From: a virus
Virus record (IMG/VR): IMGVR_UViG_3300047297_000301
Coordinates: 35,691-99,690 of that record
DNA length: 64,000 nucleotides
Reading direction: 5' to 3' (one strand)
Shown: in pieces, positions 56,499 to 64,000 of the stretch
How the letters are laid out: each line of letters begins with the position of its first letter
How positions within the stretch are numbered: position 1 is the stretch's first letter
Program-made: the position numbers and the translations under genes
Notes under the pieces: model-generated
Database searches by the model: none
What the model saw: the letters and a program-made list of their open reading frames with translations, nothing else
What the model was told of the DNA's origin: nothing

Positions 56499-56846
56499 AA
56501 ACGAAACCAAATCAATTTGATAATTTTTGTGAAAATATTCTCGCCATTGCGTGAAACCCGATTTTTTATCGTGCGCTAAGTCTTGATTATTTTCCATTTG
56601 CCATGCGTGAACATATTCATGTGCTAGTGTGGAAAATAATTGTCTATCTGATTTTATTTCACTAGTGGAAAGCCTGATTTTGTGGTTTATCTTTTTTTCT
56701 GAAAATTTTGTTCCTTCATACATTCCCATGCACAAGTCACCATCAAAACGAATAACTTTGTTTTTTGCAAAGTTAACCCTATATTTTAGTTTAAAGGTAT
56801 CTTGCAAAATTAATTGAAACAAGCGGGTTTTATCTGATCTGATCAT
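56496..56846 (-). CDS. HExxH zinc metallopeptidase-like protein
   Basis: TLAHEYVHAWQ..H....F..W. Confidence 0.75.
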   Translation of the reverse strand: MIRSDKTRLFQLILQDTFKLKYRVNFAKNKVIRFDGDLCMGMYEGTKFSEKKINHKIRLSTSEIKSDRQLFSTLAHEYVHAWQMENNQDLAHDKKSGFTQWREYFHKNYQIDLVSF

Positions 56847-56926
56847 TTTGTGAACCAGTTTAATAGTACAATTTTAATTGCAACAAACGCAACAAAAGCA
56901 GATAGGTATAAAATAAATTCAAGCAT
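56843..56926 (-). CDS. 27-aa hydrophobic peptide
   Basis: MLEFILYLSAFVAFVAIKIVLLNWFTK, ATGA-coupled. Confidence 0.4.
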   Translation of the reverse strand: MLEFILYLSAFVAFVAIKIVLLNWFTK

Positions 56927-57032
56927 GGTAAAACAGACTAATGGTTTAAAAACAGACTAATGGTTTTTTGGTTTTCAAAATGAAATTATAACACAATTTC
57001 ATTTTGAAAAACAAGGGGCAAAGCCCCATTGT

Positions 57033-57359
57033 TTACAAGGTTTTTTCAGCCTTGATAAAATCAGCAATTTTCATTAAAGCAATTTTGTTTGCTTTAGTGA
57101 GTGATTCTGTATCAGCTTCAGTCAAGCCTAATGCGTCACCGATAAAATCAGCGTGAACGTCCTTTTTAATAGGTGTTTCGCCTGATTTCGTTTTGTATGC
57201 TTTAGCAACATAAACCTTTTCACGGCTCAATTTTGCAACAACAGAACGAACAGTTTTGCCGAATGTTTCAGCAATGGTTTCAACGCTAGTGCCAGCTTGA
57301 TAGTCGGCAACCATTCGAGCAGTTTGCTCGGGCGTGTAGTTTACAGTTTTGGTAGTCAT
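57033..57359 (-). CDS. T5 A2-like DNA-binding protein (paralog 4)
   Basis: NYTPEQT..GKTVRSVVAKLSREKVY; RBS AGGAG. Confidence 0.7.
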   Translation of the reverse strand: MTTKTVNYTPEQTARMVADYQAGTSVETIAETFGKTVRSVVAKLSREKVYVAKAYKTKSGETPIKKDVHADFIGDALGLTEADTESLTKANKIALMKIADFIKAEKTL

Positions 57360-57392
57360 CTTATTTTCTCCTAGTAAGAATGAATTTTAACA

Positions 57393-57506
57393 TCATGGCT
57401 TCATTAATGCAAGCCATATCCACAATGGCAAAAAGGCTATAGCAACAAATAAAATAGCGCATAAAATATCTTGAATTAATTTGTTTGCATATTTAGTCAT
57501 TGTCAT
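57393..57506 (-). CDS. small membrane peptide
   Basis: single TM; RBS AAGGG. Confidence 0.45.
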   Translation of the reverse strand: MTMTKYANKLIQDILCAILFVAIAFLPLWIWLALMKP

Positions 57507-57557
57507 TTTCCCTTTCATCATGTGTTTATTATAGCAGAAAAAACCAAAAAAGTTCAA

Positions 57558-57909
57558 GTGTGCTAAAATACAACATAGGGGTTTATCCCTATTGACAAGC
57601 CGTGGGCAGTGTGGTATAATTTTGGCGCCCCAAAACTGAGTACCTTGGTTTCTAAAAAATCCTGCAAACAAAGGTATTCATTTTTTGTAACAAAAACTGT
57701 GGCAAAAAAACAACAGTCGCTTAAAGCGACTGGTTGCGGAAACGCCCGCACGGAAAGAATTCTAACTACCACACTGGCGCACGAAATTCGTGCGCCCAAA
57801 TCGCAGAAGTGAGCGCTCACTTCGCCCAATGTTAGTGGGTACTCACTTCGCAAAGCGGATAACCCTACTGGGATCAGGGTCTTTCCCTGATTATAAGGGT
57901 TTACCCTTA
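57558..57909. repeat. modular palindrome cassette 5
   Basis: B, E, orphan promoter, paired D, B, A, F, C, C, E, E. Confidence 0.8.
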
Positions 57910-58065
57910 ATCAATATCTATCCTGATTATCTTATTATTTTTGACAATAAAATACATATTCAAGTTATTAATCATAACCCAAATGCAATCATTACCCTTT
58001 GCCATACTATATAATGCAGAAGGGTATTTTCTCATCATATATTCACGAACGATTTGATAATCCAT
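57907..58065 (-). CDS. hypothetical protein
   Basis: RBS GGAG, start MDYQIV. Confidence 0.5.
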   Translation of the reverse strand: MDYQIVREYMMRKYPSALYSMAKGNDCIWVMINNLNMYFIVKNNKIIRIDID

Positions 58066-58066
58066 T

Positions 58067-58234
58067 TTATTCTCCATTATAATATTGTGCAATAGCAGAA
58101 CGATACTCAGATATAGTATTAAAGCCAATATCATGCTTATCGCAAAATGCTTTAAATTCTATTACCTGATCGTTATTATATTTTGCATATAATACGTCAC
58201 CTAATACAAAGTTATTTAATTCGTCTTTGGTCAT
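58067..58234 (-). CDS. hypothetical protein
   Basis: RBS GGAG, start MTKDEL. Confidence 0.5.
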   Translation of the reverse strand: MTKDELNNFVLGDVLYAKYNNDQVIEFKAFCDKHDIGFNTISEYRSAIAQYYNGE

Positions 58235-58281
58235 TTTATTATCTCCGATTATATTATCTATTAAGGGAAAACCCTTTCGGG

Positions 58282-58683
58282 TTAACCCTGCCAACCTTGC
58301 TTGCTCAATAATTGCAGAGTGCTATGTGTTGCGCCCATGCGACACAGGGTAAACCATTGATCTAGGCTCATGTCACCTTTCAGCGTATTCCACTTAGTGC
58401 AAGCAAGGTGAATATTATCTAGGGTATACCCTAATGAAGGGTCGATTCTATCAATAGAAGCTACCATTGGGTTTTTATCACCATACCAATCACCGCCTCG
58501 CACCAATTCCATTTGTTGCCCAGTTAACCCACACAAACCATTTTGACCCTTGAACATACCCTCTAAAAATGTAGGGGTAATTCTAAGATCAAAACCCCGA
58601 CCATCTTTTTTTGATCTAGATTTCGCCCATTTAATAGAATCAGAAAAGAACTTTTCCATTGGGGTTTTAATAGATTTTGCCAT
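58282..58683 (-). CDS. HNH-like endonuclease
   Basis: Q.G.C.LTG, SIDRIDPS.GY..DNI...C...N..K. Confidence 0.75.
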   Translation of the reverse strand: MAKSIKTPMEKFFSDSIKWAKSRSKKDGRGFDLRITPTFLEGMFKGQNGLCGLTGQQMELVRGGDWYGDKNPMVASIDRIDPSLGYTLDNIHLACTKWNTLKGDMSLDQWFTLCRMGATHSTLQLLSKQGWQG

Positions 58684-58817
58684 TTTGAGTACCTTTGTTT
58701 GCAGTTTGGGGGGGTTGCCCTTTGCTTCCCTCTTGAATGTATTTTACACGTGTTTTTTGTGAGGTCAACCCCTTTATGCAAATTTTGCATAACTATTTAC
58801 TCTATGCTATCCCGACT

Positions 58818-58834
58818 AGCAAGAATCGTGCCAG
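58818..58834 (-). promoter_or_regulatory. sigma54 -24/-12 promoter consensus
   Basis: minus strand CTGGCACG-ATTC-TTGCT. Confidence 0.55.
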
Positions 58835-59013
58835 CTTAAATGAATACTTTTGTTTGCAGACTGGGGCGGTTATCGGACACGTATACCCCCTAGGGTATAT
58901 GGGCCCCCCGACACGGCCTATTTAAGGAAAATTTGCAAACACCCTAAGGTGCCAAAATCCAGACTTGCCTAAATCTCCCTAAACTGGTATAATCACTACA
59001 AAAGGACATAATT

Positions 59014-59487
59014 ATGACTACTCATTTACCTGCAGAAACAGTACGCATCTCACCCGAAGCCTTAGAAGTTGCCAATGCCTACCTGCAACTTAATGATGCC
59101 AGAGCCGTTGCCCAAGAACTAGACCTAGATCCAGAAATCGTCACCAACCTTTTAGCCCGACGCGAAGTAAAATCATATATTGATTCAGTATTCTTTGACT
59201 CAGGCTACAACAATCGTTTTTTGATGCGACGTGCTATGGATGCACTAATCAAGCAAAAGTTTTCAGAACTAGAAGAATCGCAAACAGGGTCTACCAAAGA
59301 CATTGCAGAATTGCTGCAAATGTCCCATAAAATGTCAATGGACTTGTTAGATCGCGAGATTCAGCTAGCCAAAGCGCAACAAGCTACCGGGCCACAAAAG
59401 CAAGTCAACGTTCAAATCAACGAAGGTTTAGACGGATCAAAATACTCACAGTTAGTACAAAAGCTGATCTCTGGTGAAGGCGTCTAA
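59014..59487 (+). CDS. terS: terminase small subunit (T5-like)
   Basis: ISPE.LEVA.AYL HTH, QVNVQIN..Y..L; upstream of terL; promoter at 58965-58993. Confidence 0.8.
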   Translation: MTTHLPAETVRISPEALEVANAYLQLNDARAVAQELDLDPEIVTNLLARREVKSYIDSVFFDSGYNNRFLMRRAMDALIKQKFSELEESQTGSTKDIAELLQMSHKMSMDLLDREIQLAKAQQATGPQKQVNVQINEGLDGSKYSQLVQKLISGEGV

Positions 59488-59494
59488 GCACACA

Positions 59495-59797
59495 ATGAAA
59501 TATATTTTACTTTTAGCTTTACTAATACCCGCTCTAGGATCAGCACAACCAATCATCGTACAAAAGCCTGTAAGTTGTGTGGACACTAAAATGTTGCTGC
59601 AGGGACTAGCGGGCAATGATTATAAGGAAACACCTATGTGGCTAGGTATTGAGCCTGGTGCGGAAGTACCAAAGTACAGCGTGTTTGTTAACCCACAAAC
59701 TCGTACGTGGACAATTATTCAATTTAATGACCAACTAGCTTGTGTACTCGGTACAGGCACAGACAGCACTCAAATATTTAGCGGACCTAAGGTATAA
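59495..59797 (+). CDS. exported hypothetical protein
   Basis: signal peptide, KPV.C, N..T.TWTI and C...G motifs. Confidence 0.55.
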   Translation: MKYILLLALLIPALGSAQPIIVQKPVSCVDTKMLLQGLAGNDYKETPMWLGIEPGAEVPKYSVFVNPQTRTWTIIQFNDQLACVLGTGTDSTQIFSGPKV

Positions 59798-59799
59798 CA

Positions 59800-60426
59800 A
59801 TGTTAGAAACAATTTGTGAAGTAATAACAGATGCTTATAAGCGCAACTGGATTACAAGTCGAGACGGCAACGCCTCAATACGTCACCAAGATCGTGACCA
59901 CTTTTACGTTACGCCTACGGGAACACGTAAACAGACCTTACAGCCTGATCAGTTTAAAAAGATGGGTCTTAGATCCACTGGCTACGGTTTATACGCAACC
60001 CCACTAAAGTATACAGACATTAGCGAAAATTTAAAGCCTTCAGGCGAGTTGCCAATGCACTTTGGACTTCAGCAGAAGATTGATACTGAAGTCAGAGTAA
60101 TTTTACACTTTCACCCAACATATACTGTAGCCGCAATGTATGCAGGTATTCAACTACCTGAACTCTTAAAAGAATTCCCAGAACTCAGCCGATATACTAG
60201 TGTAGCACCAAATGTTCCGATGCTGCCACCTATATCACAAGAACTAGCAGATTCTTGTATTAATGCACTAGGCTACAACAAAACTAGTGGTAGCGTTGAG
60301 TACAACATAGTAGGAATGGACAGACACGGAGTAATTGCTGTTGACACATCACCTTGGCGTGCTTATGAACATATTGAGCGACTAGAACACATCTGCAAGA
60401 TTGTACTTGCCTCAGGAAAATATTAA
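59800..60426 (+). CDS. class II aldolase/adducin-family protein
   Basis: DGNAS.R, TPTG..K, PSGE..MH, H.HP.Y, HGV..V and E.LE motifs. Confidence 0.85.
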   Translation: MLETICEVITDAYKRNWITSRDGNASIRHQDRDHFYVTPTGTRKQTLQPDQFKKMGLRSTGYGLYATPLKYTDISENLKPSGELPMHFGLQQKIDTEVRVILHFHPTYTVAAMYAGIQLPELLKEFPELSRYTSVAPNVPMLPPISQELADSCINALGYNKTSGSVEYNIVGMDRHGVIAVDTSPWRAYEHIERLEHICKIVLASGKY

Positions 60427-61712
60427 TGTTAGTAGTCTCACGACCAGATATCAATGTTGATGTTATACAAGAGTTTGATCCTCAACAGAGGTTTATTAAG
60501 CTACCCATAACAAACTACTTAAAGTTACTAGATGTATACGATACGATCAATCGTCCACAGATTGCTTTAATTAACGCAGTCAACGATCCCAAGTACAGGT
60601 TTATCTGTGCTGCCCTTGCCAGGCGTTTAGGCAAAACTTATATTGCCAATATTATTGGGCAACTTGTTACCTTAGTCCCAGGGTCAAATGTCTTAATCAT
60701 TTCACCAAACTATAACTTATCATCAATATCCTTTGAACTCCAACGCAAACTTATCAAGCACTTCGACCTCGAAGTCGCACGTGACAACCTCAAAGACAAA
60801 ATTATCGAACTCAGCAACGGTTCTACCATTCGTATGGGTTCTCTTAGTACCGTTGATAGTACTGTTGGTCGATCATATGACCTAATTATATTTGACGAGG
60901 CTGCCCTAGGCGAAGGCGGTGAAGCCGCCTTTAATGTTGCCCTGCGACCTACCTTAGACAAGCCTCAAGCCAAAGCCATTTTTATCTCCACACCTCGTGG
61001 TCGTAACAACTGGTTTTCACAATTTTGGAATCGTGGCTTTGATCCAGGTTTCCCCGAGTGGATTAGCTTGCAAGCTGATTACACAGAAAATACTCGCATG
61101 GCTGAGTCAGACGTTGCTGAAGCACGTCGATCAATGTCAAAGTCCGAGTTCGAACAAGAATACTTAGCCTCATTTTCCGTATTTGAGGGTCAGATTTACA
61201 CATTACAGGATACAGATGTTATTGAAATTCCAGAAGATATTAAAGGCGAAGCATTTGCTGGATGCGACCCTGGTTACCGAGACGCTACTGCTTATTGCGC
61301 TATCGTGTACGATTGGAACCGTGATTGCTTTTATATTGTCGACGAATACCTAATGTCAGAAAAGACTACTGCAGAGCATGCTCAAGCGTTTACTGAAATG
61401 AATGAGCGTCATGGTGTTGAAGTTACATTTATTGACTCGGCAGCTGCACAGTTTGCCGGTGACCTTGCCTATCTCTACAACATTTCAACTACCAAAGCCA
61501 AAAAAGATGTACTACCAGGCATCGCGTATGTGCAGACATTGTTACAGCAAGGTCGATTAAAAGTTGCCCCACATTGCACTAACGTACGGGCTATGTTTGA
61601 CCAGTACCGCTGGGATCAACGTGAGGGGCTCCAACGTGAACGACCTATGCACGACGATTATAGTCACATGGCTGATGCAGTTCGTTATGCACTGTATACC
61701 TATACTGTATAA
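60426..61712 (+). CDS. terL: terminase large subunit
   Basis: ARRLGKT, IFDEAA, ISTPRG, FEQEY.A, GCDPG and H..DA.RY. Confidence 0.95.
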   Translation: MLVVSRPDINVDVIQEFDPQQRFIKLPITNYLKLLDVYDTINRPQIALINAVNDPKYRFICAALARRLGKTYIANIIGQLVTLVPGSNVLIISPNYNLSSISFELQRKLIKHFDLEVARDNLKDKIIELSNGSTIRMGSLSTVDSTVGRSYDLIIFDEAALGEGGEAAFNVALRPTLDKPQAKAIFISTPRGRNNWFSQFWNRGFDPGFPEWISLQADYTENTRMAESDVAEARRSMSKSEFEQEYLASFSVFEGQIYTLQDTDVIEIPEDIKGEAFAGCDPGYRDATAYCAIVYDWNRDCFYIVDEYLMSEKTTAEHAQAFTEMNERHGVEVTFIDSAAAQFAGDLAYLYNISTTKAKKDVLPGIAYVQTLLQQGRLKVAPHCTNVRAMFDQYRWDQREGLQRERPMHDDYSHMADAVRYALYTYTV

Positions 61713-61819
61713 TAGCAGCAGAAATTTGTGCATTGACTTTTTGTTGCTTTTAGGCTATAATACTAGGTAATTGTGGTGCATTTTGTTCCACTTAGATGTT
61801 ATCCAGCACATTAAAAACA

Positions 61820-62260
61820 ATGGCAAAGAATACAAATAAGCGAATACCTGTAAAATGGGTTCGCGACAGGGCTAAAGCAGCCTATGAAAAGAAAGATCGG
61901 TGTTTTATATGTTCGGGTTCACAAGACTTAGAACTGCACCACCTACACTCAGTTACTATACTCCTAGATAAATGGGCCGAAGCCAAGGGCTATGATATTT
62001 CAACAGACGCAGGTATTTTAGCTGTGCGAGACGAGTTTATTCAAGAGCATAATACAGAGTTATATGAGCAAGTTTACACCCTTTGTAATCGTCATCATGT
62101 AGCGCTGCATAGTGTTTACGGTAAAGCTCCTCGTCCTGGTTCGGAACCGAAACAGGCTCATTGGATTGAGACACAGCGATCAAAACACACAGGCGAAGTT
62201 GTTGAAACAGTTGTAATACCTAAAAAGAGCTTTGGTAGTTTTTTCAGTGAGTTTACTTAA
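61820..62260 (+). CDS. HNH (nicking) endonuclease
   Basis: CFIC..LELHH..TLC..HH..LH; between terL and portal as in T5. Confidence 0.8.
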   Translation: MAKNTNKRIPVKWVRDRAKAAYEKKDRCFICSGSQDLELHHLHSVTILLDKWAEAKGYDISTDAGILAVRDEFIQEHNTELYEQVYTLCNRHHVALHSVYGKAPRPGSEPKQAHWIETQRSKHTGEVVETVVIPKKSFGSFFSEFT

Positions 62261-62269
62261 GGGAAAACT

Positions 62270-63445
62270 ATGTCAAGATTTACAGACTGGATTGTTGAAA
62301 AACTTAATCCAGCACAAACACGTATTGCTCAAGAAGCAGGTACACAAATTGGTTCAGAAGCTAAGGTAACATACCGTCAAGCTTTCCAAAAATTAGAGTC
62401 GGTTAATCGTTCGGTAAGTATGCTTGTTAATGCAGCTGCTTCACTTGATTACGACGTAAAAGATAAGATTTCAGAAGGCGTAGTTGCTGGAGTTCGTCAA
62501 AAGTCGCTGAACACACTTTTAAACTTTAGACCTAATCCTTATCAAAGCACGCAAGAATTTCGCCAAGCAATTTTTACAGACCTAATCCTAGAAGGTAATG
62601 TGTTCGTACACTTTGATGGTGTATTTATGTATCACTTGCCTGCAGGTTCGGTAGAAATCTTAACTGATACCAAAACGTTTATTCGTGGCTATCGTTACAA
62701 CGGCATGGTTGATTTTAAAGAATCAGAAGTATTTCACTTCCGTGATTTGAATTCACAATCGATATATCGAGGCGCTTCGCGCTTAGAAGCAGCACAACGA
62801 TCAATGGCTACCTTATACGCAATGAAAGAGTTTCAAGAGAACTTTTTCGATAATGGAGCTGTATTTGGTTTAGTTTTAACTTCAGAAAATACACTTTCAC
62901 AAGTTGCAAAAGAAAAAACAATACAATACTGGTTACAGAAATATTCAACTAAACAAGGCGGCAAGCGTCCTGTAATTTTGGATTCAGGACTGAAACCTGC
63001 TAATGTATCAAACCAAAACTTCAAAGACATGGACTTTGATCAGTCTATTAAAACACACAACGAACTAATTATGCAATGTATTGGGATACCGCCTATTTTA
63101 TTAGCTGGTGGAAACAATGCTAATATTTCGCCTAATTTACGACTATTCTATTTAGAAACAGTAATGCCAGTAGTTCGTAAGTTCGTGTCTGCACTAGAAC
63201 GATATTACGGTTATGATGTTGACGCAATTACTGCTTCGGTATCTGCACTGCAACCAGAATTAAAAGACCAAGCCGCTTACTATCAAGCATTAGTAAATGG
63301 TGGAATAATTACAGCTAATGAAGCAAGAAAAGAATTACGTTATGAACCAAAAGATGGTAGTGACGAAATAAGAATACCAGCTAATATTGCTGGTTCGGCT
63401 GCTGATCCGTCAACAGGTGGTAGGCCAACAGATAATCAGCAATAA
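62270..63445 (+). CDS. portal protein (HK97-like)
   Basis: PNPYQ, GN.F, FF.NGA, GIPP.LL and T.NEAR motifs. Confidence 0.9.
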   Translation: MSRFTDWIVEKLNPAQTRIAQEAGTQIGSEAKVTYRQAFQKLESVNRSVSMLVNAAASLDYDVKDKISEGVVAGVRQKSLNTLLNFRPNPYQSTQEFRQAIFTDLILEGNVFVHFDGVFMYHLPAGSVEILTDTKTFIRGYRYNGMVDFKESEVFHFRDLNSQSIYRGASRLEAAQRSMATLYAMKEFQENFFDNGAVFGLVLTSENTLSQVAKEKTIQYWLQKYSTKQGGKRPVILDSGLKPANVSNQNFKDMDFDQSIKTHNELIMQCIGIPPILLAGGNNANISPNLRLFYLETVMPVVRKFVSALERYYGYDVDAITASVSALQPELKDQAAYYQALVNGGIITANEARKELRYEPKDGSDEIRIPANIAGSAADPSTGGRPTDNQQ

Positions 63446-63456
63446 AAGGGGTATTT

Positions 63457-64000
63457 ATGGTAGATAAAAATAAAGTGCTGTATGTAAACAGTTCTTTTAC
63501 TAAGAGTGAACCTACTACCACAGACGAAAGCGTTGAAATGTTAACCATCAAAGGTTATGCTTCAACTACTGACGTTGATAGACAGGGCGACATTGTTCCT
63601 GTAAGCGTTTGGGAAAAAGGTATTCAAAATTATTTGAAAAATCCAGTAATTTTGGCATACCATAATCACAGCGCTCCTATCGGTAGAATGGTAGAACACA
63701 AAGTTGACGAAAGAGGACTGCTTGTAAAAGCAAGAATTTCTTCTGCAGCTGGTGATGTTTATAAACTTGTAAAAGACGGCGTATTAACAGCTTTTAGTAT
63801 CGGATTTCGCATTGTAGATGCGGAGTACAATTCAGCTGCAGAGCTGTTTGTGGTAAAGGAGTTGGAACTGCACGAAATTTCAGTAGTGTCAGTACCCGCA
63901 AATCAAAACACATTATTTAGTCTCTCTAAGTCGTTTGAAAACGACGAAGAATTTAAATCTTTCAAAATGCAGTTTGCACCCAAAAGCGAATCAGCTAAAG
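63457..64000 (+). CDS. prohead protease (partial, runs off window)
   Basis: IKGYAST..VDRQGD, NPVILAYH, AFSIGF, LHEISVVSVPAN. Confidence 0.9.
   Translation, partial: MVDKNKVLYVNSSFTKSEPTTTDESVEMLTIKGYASTTDVDRQGDIVPVSVWEKGIQNYLKNPVILAYHNHSAPIGRMVEHKVDERGLLVKARISSAAGDVYKLVKDGVLTAFSIGFRIVDAEYNSAAELFVVKELELHEISVVSVPANQNTLFSLSKSFENDEEFKSFKMQFAPKSESAK

Noticed and set aside
53010-57909. CRISPR or other guide-RNA array
   Set aside because: Repeats are dispersed modules in variable order, not constant repeats with regular unique spacers; no cas-like gene in the window
57563-58014. ORFs across cassette 5 (also 52815-53142 and 55282-55470)
   Set aside because: Run through palindrome arrays without RBS; likely spurious

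Overview
AT-rich 64 kb segment of a lytic T5-like siphophage (Demerecviridae-like). The evidence is the T5-type gene order D15-D14-D13-D12-D11-D10-pol-primase-helicase-D5, a split NAD ligase, D3/A2-like proteins, a tRNA cluster and TerS-TerL-HNH-portal-protease. The host is unknown; an aquatic proteobacterium is only a weak inference. Left to right: end of the tail module, heme oxygenase plus bilin reductase, lysis genes and phoH (1-8.5 kb, +); a terminator-bounded Dps/collagen/Gly-rich cassette (8.5-12 kb, -); replication and nucleotide metabolism (12-32 kb, -); a tRNA/ncRNA region with 8 tRNA-like genes (33.9-38.7 kb); early accessory genes (39-51 kb); an ORF-poor region (51.1-52.4 kb) followed by the presumptive pre-early/terminal-repeat region (52.4-58.9 kb); packaging and head genes (59-64 kb, +). 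The most striking unexplained signals lie at 51-59 kb. (1) A complete hammerhead ribozyme core sits inside a promoter-driven, hairpin-rich ~500 nt non-coding transcript at the position equivalent to the T5 injection-stop region. (2) Modular intergenic cassettes are built from about six palindromic operator-like motifs and orphan sigma70 promoters, and a perfect sigma54 site lies at the right end of the region. (3) GATWATC is massively enriched inside coding sequence. (4) There are four A2-like paralogs but no recognisable A1. All protein calls come from motif recognition and synteny, not database searches.
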